Positions 25,278 to 35,527 of a stretch of DNA of 38,333 nt are shown here, piece after piece (position 1 is the first letter of the stretch; the number at the start of each line of letters is the position of its first letter). The stretch is from Octopus bimaculoides (Eukaryota), in the NCBI RefSeq assembly GCF_001194135.2, contig NC_068983.1:58179171-58217503 (forward strand). Direction: 5' to 3'. Below the pieces are notes generated by a model, which saw only the letters and a program-made list of their open reading frames with translations, was not told the origin of the DNA and did no database searches. The position numbers and the translations under genes are program-made.

Positions 25278-25341
<64 letters not shown>

Positions 25342-25851
25342 CAGTATACAAATATAATGTATTTAAGGCACACAGTTTAACCATTTCACTACAGTTGTAA
25401 CTTGTAAAACATAACTGTTACCACTACTACATGAAGCTGAAGATTGCATAGTTTAACGTATGAAAGTATTAGTTCAATCATAATGGACATTTAGTATTCT
25501 ATCATTTCATTATATTATCTTGTATTTTGGTATTTCTTTGAGTAATATATTCTTCTATACACAAACATATACGCCTATGTATACATATATATATATATAT
25601 GGAAAAAAAGTCAAAGTAGAAAATGCTAAAATAATTTTATAAAAAACATTTCAGTACCAGTTTCAGTCATTGAGACTTTTTCAATTTTAAGTAGAGAAAA
25701 CAATTAAATTTCGGAAAAATTAAAAGAAAAGTTTTTTTAAAACAATATTTGAATAGTGTTCAAATACAAGGGACAATTTTCTTGTCACTGCTTGTTTTTG
25801 TCTCTCTTCTTTACTCTTGTGGGTTCGAGGTCGTTATGAATTCTTGGTAGG

Positions 25852-25900
25852 GAAGAAGAAGAAGAAGAAGAAGAAGAAGAAGAAGAAGAAGAAGAAGAAG
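25852..25900. repeat. (GAA)n, about 16 units
   Basis: Direct reading. Confidence 0.95.
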
Positions 25901-25907
25901 ATATATA

Positions 25908-26099
25908 TAATCCCTTGACCACTGCAGGTGTTACATTCCCAAAACCCCCATGATAGGTGAAACACTACTATACTGCACATTTTAAAAATTATTTTTATAA
26001 TTTATATATATTTATTTTTTATTATAAATGCAAAACAACACCACGTAGGAATTGACGTAAACTTAAATAATAAACCACAGTATGGCGAAGGATTACTAT
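25908..26099. mobile_element. Tc1/mariner (Tigger-like) MITE, copy 1
   Basis: Ends TAATCCCT.../...GAAGGATTACTA in TA context; homologous to 33448-33660. Confidence 0.65.
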
Positions 26100-26121
26100 A
26101 TATATACATATAGATTTTTAA

Positions 26122-26345
26122 GTTTGCGTGTTCTTGTGTCTGTGTTTGTTCCTCACCACCGCTTGACAACCAGTGTTGCTTTGTTTATGTCCCCATAATT
26201 TAGTGGTTCAGCAAAAGAGACTGATAGAATAAGTATCAAGCTTAAAAAGAATAAGGACTGGGGTCAATTAATTTTACTAAAAATTTATTCGAGGCGGTGC
26301 CCCAGCATGGCCACAGTCCAATGACTGAAACAAGTAAAAGATAAT
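26122..26345 (+). mobile_element. SINE family A, right half only
   Basis: TGTGTTTGTTCCTCACCACCGCTTGACAACC...CCCAGCATGGCCACAGTCCAATGACTGAAACAAGTAAAAG. Confidence 0.85.
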
Positions 26346-27679
26346 TGATAAAAGATACACATACACATATGCACATGCACGCGCACACACTCACACACAT
26401 ACATGTGTACACATACACACACACACACGCACACACATACATGTACACACACATGCACACTCACACACATACACATATATGTGCACACACACACATGCAC
26501 ACGCATACACATACATGTGCACACACACTCAAACACATAACTGATAAAAACTATACAGTTTCTTTATGGTAGAGTGTAAATTCTGAGATTTGGCTGCCAT
26601 TTCTAGGAAAGCCATCGCCTATGTATCAGGTTCCATAATTTCAAAGATGTGTGAGAAAAGTCTAATGACACCACACTTCGACATCCTTTTCAATGTCACA
26701 AACTATTTAGGAAATAAGTATAATCCAAAACTTGGAACACTTTAATAGTTATCCATTTAAAAACCAACCAAATTTGTTCTTATATAACTTCAGCAAATGA
26801 CTGTAAACCAATGGTTTAGGCGCCATTTGGCCATACATCAATGCCAATAGCTTTTATAAAAAGAAACAATACACGCTTAGAAGTTGAAGAATACCTGCAG
26901 CCAGACATATCAGGTCATCACCTTGTTATGATACGACTGATAATGCGAGCAGTTAAAGCTTCCATATACTGAAATCAATAAATTTGTTGCCATGACCATT
27001 CCGTCAGCAAGAGGATGTATCTTAGTAAAGGTTAGTGCCAGCAAAACGTTCAAGGGAGACATGAAAATGGTCTAATGGTTTCATTCTATAGAAAGGCTAC
27101 AAAAGAAGCAGAACGTTTTATTGTCAGTGGCACCCAGGAGAATTCAGTGAAATGTTTGGAAGAAATTATATTTACATTTAGCCAGGAATCTTACAAGAAC
27201 AATCAAAGAATGTGACGGACAAAGTATTTCTAATTTAGAGAAACCTTTATGAGAGATATTTGTTCTAGTGAAAATAGATAGCATAAGAACATGAAGTGTT
27301 CCTCTGAATAAAACTTGAAACCTTTGCGAATGTCTTTTATTAGAGAATACATGAAATTCCTCATCAGCATCAATGTGTGTTTGTATCTGTGTGTAGGTAT
27401 GTATACATAAATGTGTGTGTGTGTGTGTGTGCATGTTTGTGTGTGTGTGTGTGTGTGTGTGTGCATGTGTGTTTGTGTTTATCTGTCTGCGTGTGTGGAA
27501 ATGATTATATGCATATATATATGGGTGCATGCACATATATGTCTATATGTCTCTCTCTGTCTTTCTCTCACTTTCTCTCTCCCTCTCTCTTTCTCTGTCT
27601 CTCTATGTATACACACACACAAATTCAGAAAGAGAGAGAAAGAGAGAATGTGAGCATGATATATGTACATACATATAGT

Positions 27680-27852
27680 TAGACAGACAGACATAGACAG
27701 ATAGACAGACAGACAGGCAGACAGATAGATAGATAGATAGACAGATAGATAGACAGATAGATAGACAGACAGACAACTAAATAAACAGACAGACAGATAG
27801 ATACATCGATACAGACAGACAGATAGATACATAGACAGACAGATAAATAGAC

Positions 27853-27934
<82 letters not shown>

Positions 27935-28010
27935 GCGGACAGACAGCCAGACAGACAGTAGACAGACAGATAGACAGACAAATAGATAGACAGACAGATA
28001 GATAGATAAC
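27680..28010. repeat. Compound (GACA)n/(GATA)n array
   Basis: Direct reading. Confidence 0.95.
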
Positions 28011-28338
28011 CTAGGTAAGTGTTTTCCACAACAGTCTCTAAACAACCAAAGCTTTGAGTGAATTTGTTTGGTATATGTGTATGTATGAATGTATGTATAT
28101 ATCCGATGTATCTATAAGGTGTTACTCAAGCACTCAACTATGAATCCACTGCATCTCACTGCAGAAACAGCTGTAAGCTAATGAGGCTCATAAGATAGCT
28201 GTTTATTCCTTTGTCATCTCTTTTTCTTATTACTGCTTTGTACTTGACAAATGCTTCATTCTGAAGCATACATATATTGAGTTCTACGCTAGGATATTTG
28301 TATTACAATGCCCAAGTGGAGTATATATATGAATATAT

Positions 28339-28498
28339 ATATATAGTTTTAGGGAAAATAACCAATTTTGAAGAACTCATCGATGAAAATCCACTATCAC
28401 ATGTAGAAAAATTAATAATTATTAATTTTTCTATATGTGATAGTGGATTTTCATCGATGAGTTCTTGAAAATTGGTTATTTTCCCTAAAACTATATAT
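28339..28498. repeat. Loop-less 160-bp near-perfect palindrome (possible TA-flanked MITE)
   Basis: Symmetry axis 28418/28419; 80-bp arms with 2 mismatches. The ORF track gives nearly the same peptide on both strands. Confidence 0.95.
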
Positions 28499-28684
28499 TT
28501 TATATATACTTTATCTATAAGGCTCAATTTAATTTTAATTTTTTATAAATTGATTTTAATTGAGTTTTTTACCTGTAATTTTGGATTTTGTCCCTAATAT
28601 TATTATTATGAATTATATATATATATATTCTTTTATTCTTTTACTTTTTACTTGTTTCAGTCATTTGACTACGGCCTTGCTGGA

Positions 28685-29395
28685 GCACCAGGCTCCTATC
28701 TGATCTGGCAAGGTTTCTACAGGTGGATGCCCTTCCTAATGCCAACCACTCTGAGAGTGTAGTGGGTGCATTTTATGTGCCACTGGCATGGGAGCCAGTT
28801 AGGCGGCACTGGCATTGGCCACATTCGGATGCTGCTCCCTATGTGCTACCGGNNNNNNNNNNNNNNNNNNNNNNNNNNNNNNNNNNNNNNNNNNNNNNNN
28901 NNNNNNNNNNNNNNNNNNNNNNNNNNNNNNNNNNNNNNNNNNNNNNNNNNNNNNNNNNNNNNNNNNNNNNNNNNNNNNNNNNNNNNNNNNNNNNNNNNNN
29001 NNNNNNNNNNNNNNNNNNNNNNNNNNNNNNNNNNNNNNNNNNNNNNNNNNNNNNNNNNNNNNNNNNNNNNNNNNNNNNNNNNNNNNNNNNNNNNNNNNNN
29101 NNNNNNNNNNNNNNNNNNNNNNNNNNNNNNNNNNNNNNNNNNNNNNNNNNNNNNNNNNNNNNNNNGGCATGGGTTGGATGGCTTGACTGAGGACTGGCAA
29201 GCCAAGAGGCTGCACCAGGCTCCTATCTGATCTGGCAAGGTTTCTACAGGTGGATGCCCTTCCTAATGCCAACCACTCTGAGAGTGTAGTGGGTGCATTT
29301 TATGTGCCACTGGCATGGGAGCCAGTTAGGCGGCACTGGCATTGGCCACATTCGGATGCTGCTCCCTATGTGCTACCGGCACAGGAGCCAGTTGG
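28685..29395 (-). mobile_element. RTE 3'UTR fragment present twice across N-gap 28853-29165
   Basis: 28685-28852 is identical to 29212-29379; homologous to 14720-14990. Confidence 0.85.
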
Positions 29396-29638
29396 GGTGG
29401 GGGTGCTGATTGAAATAATTAGCAGCTGGGCACTGCAGACGATCTAATTGACTTAACCTCCTTCTCTGAAATTACTGGCCTTGTGCAAAAATTCGAAACC
29501 AATATAATTAGGTTTGTTATTCAGGCAGTGAACTAGCAAAACCATTGGGAAAAATGCTCCGTGTTGTTTTTTACTCTTTTACTCATTTCAGCTTTGTGGC
29601 TGTGGTCATGCTGGAGCACCACCGTGGAAAAGTGTGAC

Positions 29639-29747
29639 ATGCTTACAGCATTTATGTTTCCCAAGTGGTCACCCATTTAAGTACTCACTAGGCTCAACAT
29701 TGTTCAACTTCAGTGATCAGACAAGAACCAATGCATTCAACATGATT
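29639..29747 (-). pseudogene. 5S rRNA pseudogene, lacking about the first 12 nt
   Basis: Reverse complement ATCATGTTGAATGCATTGGTTCTTGTCTGATCACTGAAGTTGAACAATGTTGAGCCTAGTGAGTACTTAAATGGGTGACCACTTGGGAAAC...TGCTGTAAGCAT follows the metazoan 5S pattern, with many CpG-to-TpG changes. Confidence 0.88.
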
Positions 29748-29905
29748 ACATTCTGAATTCAAATTCCACTGAGGTCAACTTTGCCTTTCACCCTTTCAGG
29801 GTCAATAAAATAAGTACCAGTTATGCAATGGGGTCGATGTAACCAACTTACTTCCATCTCCCCAAAACTGCTGGCCTTGTGCCAAAATTCGAAATCAATA
29901 TTTAT
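29748..29905 (+). mobile_element. 5'-truncated SINE family B
   Basis: CATTCTGAATTCAAATTCCACTGAGGTCAACTTTGCC...GGCCTTGTGCCAAAATTCGAAATC. Confidence 0.85.
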
Positions 29906-30567
29906 TAATACTGTCCTGTAATAACTATTCAAATAAACATTGTGTAAATCTCATGTTTTTATAGAATTTAAGAGGCTACTTTTATGATTCCTCATCACAA
30001 AATATAGTTTCATATCATTGAAGCCAGAAGCACCGATGCAATTTGGTCTTTGGTTTTTCTTCTTTTTTTTTTCTTTTTCTTCTCTCTAGACTGTAAACAA
30101 ATACAGAATTAGACATCAGCTTCAATTGATGTTATTTTGAGAAGTTTTGTTTGTGATGAAAATTTCAAATTTGTCCAAATTTATTAAACATTTCAACTGA
30201 CTTTATATTTTACAGTTTGAAAAAAAAACAAAACATGAAAGCATACTTTCTGATTGATCTTTACTTGGTTTTTCAAGGCAAATATTTTATCAATCTTGGA
30301 AAGATAAAATATACGGTTAACCTCAGTAAGATTTGAACTCAAAGCATAAAAATTCCGAAACAAATGTTGTTCACAAGAGGTCACACGTACAACCCCCCCC
30401 CCACCACCACCACCACCACCAAACAGAAAGTCAAACAAAAAGCATACAAAATACGTGGGGATGCACTTATTTACCATGTTGAGCTAAATGTTTCTCCATG
30501 TTATATTATTAATTTGATACAATTTGTTTTCCAATCATTGCTGAACTGTTTGTTTTTTTGTTTCATT

Positions 30568-30740
30568 GCTGGGTGGTTGGCGTTAGGAAGGGCAGCCAGT
30601 TGTAAAAACTCTGCCAAAACAAATACAGAAGTCTGGTGTAGGCTCCTGCCTGGCCGGCTCCTGTCAAACCGCCCAACCCATACCAGCATGGAAGGCAGAA
30701 CTTAAACAATGATAATAATGTTGATGATGACGATGATGAT
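30568..30740 (+). mobile_element. RTE 3'UTR/tail fragment
   Basis: GTGGTTGGCGTTAGGAAGGGCAGCCAG...CCAACCCATACCAGCATGGAAGG...TGATGAT. Confidence 0.85.
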
Positions 30741-30782
30741 AACACATAAGAATTAATTGTTTATTCATTTTACAGTTTTGAT

Positions 30783-31145
30783 AATGAGTGGTGAAAAAAT
30801 TGCAGTTAAAGCCATTATATGTTACCTGAAATGAAAAGAGTGAGTTTAAGGGCAGCAGCAAATGAAATGAATAATGCAGAAGGCTCATGGACTGTCAACA
30901 AACATGTGGCACAAAACTGGTTCAGATGTTTCAAGGAAGGTGATTCCAACCTCAAAGACAAACCAAGGTCAGAAAACCCTTTTGCTGTGGAAAATGAGGC
31001 CTTATTTGAAAATGTTGAATAACAGTCAAGCATAAGCACTCATACATTGTCAGCAGAACTTGGTCCATCACAGAGCACCATCAGCTGACACTTCCATAAG
31101 CTTGGCCTAGTGAACGGACGCTGTTGCAAAGCTCCTTGTGAACTG
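30783..31145 (+). mobile_element. Mariner transposase N-terminal (HTH) relic
   Basis: MSGEKIAVKAII...AAANEMNNAEGSWTVNKHVAQNWFRCFKEGDSNLKDKPRSENP...STHTLSAELGPSQSTIS*HFHKLG...PCEL; internal stops, no DDD domain. Confidence 0.88.
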
Positions 31146-31261
31146 ATTGGTTTGAAGTATTAATTAAAGTCTGAAATAAGAAAGACTTGTGACTCAACTG
31201 GCATAAATGTGTGCGTGTGTATAATTGTGTGTGTGCATGTGTGTGTACAAATATATATATA

Positions 31262-31295
<34 letters not shown>

Positions 31296-32761
31296 NNNNN
31301 NNNNNNNNNNNNNNNNNNNNNNNNNNNNNNNNNNNNNNNNNNNNNNNNNNNNNNNNNNNNNNNNNNNNNNNNNNNNNNNNNNNNNNNNNNNNNNNNNNNN
31401 NNNNNNNNNNNNNNNNNNNNNNNNNNNNNNNNNNNNNNNNNNNNNNNNNNNNNNNNNNNNNNNNNNNNNNNNNNNNNNNNNNNNNNNNNNNNNNNNNNNN
31501 NNNNNNNNNNNTGTGTGTGTGTATATATATATATATACCACTCACCTTTTCCTCTGCCCAGGATATGTTCAGAGTTCTAAACAGCAATCGTAACCATATA
31601 CTGCTGTTTCCACTGCCTTTGTTTTTCTCTCTTTCTTCTGGACAGAAGACCCTCAAGGGTCATTTTACTGTCTTACATCTAACAACTGGGTTTTCTGCCC
31701 TGCACCGCCAGTGAGATTGCTCCTAACTTCTTTGCTCCCAGAAAGGGGTATGACTCTCTGTATATTAGTTCTGTCATCTTTGAAGATTATTAGGATTTGG
31801 ACACCACCTAAACATATGTTGTTGTGTGTCACCTTATTGTTCACTTCCTGCTTCTACTAGGCTGCAAAGCCATGCCTCCATATCTGAGCTGACATTTCTA
31901 ACCATAGCCCTCAGACGTCTTTTTTCCAAATACTAAGGGTAAGATTGTGGTGCACCAGCATTATCTTTATGCTCCCTCCACTATTAGCCACAAAATCCAG
32001 GTACACTTACAAATCCCGTCTTGGTCGAGGGTACCAAAATACTTTACACAGAACTCCCTCCAACAACTTCCTTTTAGGTCATATAAAAAACCTCTTCATT
32101 TTTTACTTTTTCTTTTAAACTGTATATCTCCTTTCTTTTTGTTCTTTCATAGATAAATTCTTCAGGCAAGGCGGTACTGCCTTTTGCAACATACACTGCT
32201 CATACCTTATCCGATTCCTTCAACTGGTTTATATCAAGGAAATCCCAATAATCCACAAGATAATTACTTTTGATGGTGATGCTATAAATTAATTTAATGT
32301 TTTAATGTTTTATTTTAATTTTAATTTAAGATTGTTTATTGCTTTAATTTTTGTTTGGCTGTAGTTGTTCGTGCTTGTGTATTTGTGTAATTAAGTGTTT
32401 TAATTATTAAGTTACAAGCTTTTTTTTTAAATTCTACTTTTATTTGTAAAAGTCCAGATGTTGGAAGATGTGAGTAGCATTTCAAAAGAAGCATTTTGTA
32501 TTTTTCCATCTTATTTCAATGAGATGACTATTTAAACAATATTCTAAAGGATTGCATATGTAAAGTGAGCCAAAAACCTTTTAAGAGAAGATTTGTAAAT
32601 ATGTGTAACAATGGCAAACCACAACTACAGCAACGATGATGGAGACAATAACAACAACAAAAATAAGAATATTATAATATGAAATAATAATACAATATAA
32701 TCGATAAGAGACTCAGATTAGTGAAACACACCAAAGCAATATTAAAAGGAGGAAAATTAAT

Positions 32762-33436
32762 GGATCTTGTTCAAAACAGGGGCACCAGTTTTCATTTATG
32801 TTTTATGTAGTGTTTTTGGTACCGAAAGACTTTCAAACTTCGTATACTTATCTATTTTGTGCTATAGAACAGAAAAGAATTTTTGTATTCGGATTTATTT
32901 CATGTAAAAAATTGTCTTATTTCGATAATTTCCACCAATCACTGACAAGTATTCAGCTGTTTACACTTACTCCTTTGGCAATTTAAGCGATGTAAAGCGT
33001 ATTTAATCTCCATTACTTCTGACATTTTGCAGAGGCAACACACGTGTGTTCGTTTTCCCTAACCCTAACCCTAACCCTGACCCTAATTGACTTGCTCCTT
33101 CCCTCAAAAACCATGCCTTGTGCCTATAATAGAAAGGTTTATTAGCTACTGCTAAAATGCTTCAGACATTTTTTGACAAGGAAATAATAATTTTATCACC
33201 GCTGAGAATCGTTTGTTTACGTAGTCAGCACTTAATTATTACGGCTGAATGGACGTCAGTCATTGGTTGTAATTACAGAAATATGACAACTTTAACATGA
33301 AATAACTTGCGATGAACATTTTTTTGTTAAGAAGACTAAGAGAAAAAGATGTTTTATATGACACATTCTACCAGTGTCCCAAGTTTCAAAGTGTTTCGTT
33401 AAGAAAATACTGGTGCCCCCGTTTTGAACAAGATCC
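32762..33436. mobile_element. Non-autonomous TIR element (675 bp) with internal telomeric repeats
   Basis: 28-bp TIRs with 1 mismatch: GGATCTTGTTCAAAACAGGGGCACCAGT (32762-32789) and ACTGGTGCCCCCGTTTTGAACAAGATCC (33409-33436). Confidence 0.85.
33057..33086. repeat. (CCCTAA)x5, one unit variant CCCTGA
   Basis: Direct reading. Confidence 0.9.
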
Positions 33437-33447
33437 AAATTAATTAA

Positions 33448-33660
33448 GACTATCGCAGGTGTTACATTCCAAATCCCCTCATGATAACTGAAAATCTGTG
33501 AAGTAGAAGCAGTACTGTACGGTATATTTATTTTTATTATTTTTATAATTTGTATATATTTATTTTATTATAAATGCAAAACTACACCATGGAGGAATTG
33601 ACATGAGCTTAAATAATAAACTGCAATAGGTGAACTGCGATATGGTGAGGGCTTACTGTA
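33448..33660. mobile_element. Tigger-like MITE, copy 2 (left TIR missing)
   Basis: Shares GCAGGTGTTACATTCC...TTATAAATGCAAAAC...CTTAAATAATAAAC with copy 1; ends GAGGGCTTACTG-TA. Confidence 0.7.
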
Positions 33661-33667
33661 GTAATAT

Positions 33668-33832
33668 CGCAGCATGGTTGTGTGGTAAGTTGTGTTACTC
33701 AACCACAATGTTATGGGTTCTCTCCCACTGCAAGGCATCTTGGAAAAGTGTCCTCTACTATAGCTTCATGTGGCTCGAAGCCTTGTGAGTGAATTTGGTA
33801 GATGGAAACTGAAGGAAGCCCAGTCGTGTGTG

Positions 33833-33899
<67 letters not shown>

Positions 33900-34155
33900 T
33901 GTGTGTGTGTGTGTATGTGTGAGTGTGTATACATGTCATTGTGTCTGCGTTTGTCCCCCACCACTCTTGACAACCAGTGCTGGTGTGTTTACATTCCCAT
34001 AACTTAGCAGTTCAGCAAAAGACACCAATAGAATAAGTAACAGGCTTTAAAAAAACAAATAATTACTGGGGTCAATTCATTGGTTGAAAAATTCTTCAAG
34101 GCAGTGCTGCATCCTGGTCACAGACTTAATGACCGAAACAAGTAAGATAAAAGAC
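33668..34155 (+). mobile_element. SINE family A, full length
   Basis: Head, TA/TG tract and tail. Confidence 0.88.
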
Positions 34156-34317
34156 AGGAAAAAGAAACCAAGTAACAGAAGTAAGAAAATTAGACCAAAC
34201 CCAGAGTTACAACTACTTAGGAATCGGTGACCTAGACAGTACTGATGCATTCGATTAATACTAAATGCAAAATATGGTGTCATTCAATATATCAATATCT
34301 AAGATCAGTTGTAGTGT

Positions 34318-34603
34318 GGAAGCCATTCAAGAACACACAAAAAACTGTTAGTTTCACTTCAACATTTAATTTTCATTTGTGTCAAAATATTTTCTTCGCT
34401 ATGAAACCGCGACTTGTTCAGTTAATAGGTCACAGTTTCAAAATGATGAAAATATTTCCACTGAACAGGTCGCAGTTTCAAAGCAACGAAAATATTTTTA
34501 CTGAAAAGGTTGCGGTTTCAAAGTGACGAAAATATTTTGACACGAATGAAAATTCGATGTTGAAGTGAAGCTAACGGCTTTTGTGTGTTCTTAAATCGCT
34601 TAC
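34318..34603. mobile_element. Foldback element with ~105-bp imperfect inverted arms and 40-bp internal repeats
   Basis: Left arm AAGAACACACAAAAAACTGTTAGTTTCACTTCAACAT...GTGTCAAAATATTTTC pairs with right arm GAAAATATTTTGACAC...ATGTTGAAGTGAAGCTAACGGCTTTTGTGTGTTCTT. Confidence 0.85.
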
Positions 34604-34921
34604 AAATATCTTTTATGCTGCAATTGTTTTTGTTTCAGTACACGATCTCAGATCAAGTCAGTTGCTATGCAAGTACATCTCCATAATATTTAAGATATTT
34701 CAGTAATAAGTTATAGTTGTAATAATCTGAGCTGAATTGTTGATGAATTAGGAAGACAAAAGAGAAGAATATGAAAAATAATGAAAGTAGATAGAAACTA
34801 TTAATCAATTTGATATAAGACTATATTTACAGTGAGTACAAGGAGATAAAAAGGTTATGTTTACAAGAGATACAGGAAGGTAAGAGCTTCTGTAACTCAA
34901 AAATTTTATAAGCTACCTATA

Positions 34922-35086
34922 GGCGCGGGAGTGGCTGTGTGGTAAGTAGCTAGCTTACCAACCACATGGTTCTGGGTTCAGTTCCACTGCATGACATCTT
35001 GGGCAAGTGTCTTCTACTATAGCCTCGGGCCGACCAAAGCCTTGTGAGTGGATTTGGTAGACGGAAACTGAAAGAAGCCCGTCGTA

Positions 35087-35123
<37 letters not shown>

Positions 35124-35350
35124 GTATGTGTGTATGCGGTTGTGTGTCTGTGTTTGTCCCCCCAACATCGCTTGACAACTGATGTTGGTGTGTTTACGTC
35201 CCCGTAACTTAGCAGTTCGGCAAGCGAGATCGATAGAATAAGTACTAGGCTTCCAAATAATAAGTCCTGGAGTCGATTTGCTTAACTAAAAGCGGTGCTC
35301 CAGCATGGCCGCAGTCAAATGATTGAAACAAGTAAAAGAGTAAAAGAGAG
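34922..35350 (+). mobile_element. SINE family A, best-preserved (CpG-rich, likely youngest) copy
   Basis: Complete head, CORE-like region, microsatellite 35085-35135, tail AGTAAAAGAGTAAAAGAG. Confidence 0.93.
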
Positions 35351-35527
35351 TACCTGCTTAAGTTATCTTGAAATGAATATTGTAAAACTATGATAAAACC
35401 TACAAAATATATGAATCAAATTAAAAAAAAAAAACTATTTTGTGTCTAGAAAAGAAGGTGAAAAACACAAAGTAGAGGTGGAAATGACAGACGTTCATTA
35501 GGAGAAATGAAAAGCAGCAAAAGAAAT

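Noticed and set aside
9868-28045. YI/HT/CV/YLSI-rich ORFs
   Set aside because: Translations of di- and tetranucleotide microsatellites.
970-31714. Long ORFs containing X runs (e.g. 970-1947, 10456-11647, 13244-14167, 28723-29272, 31081-31714)
   Set aside because: They are open only because N-gaps contain no stop codons.
33057-33086. True telomere or healed chromosome end
   Set aside because: Only five units, internal to a TIR element.
34420-34545. CRISPR-like repeat array
   Set aside because: The units are contiguous with no unique spacers, the context is eukaryotic, and there are no cas genes.
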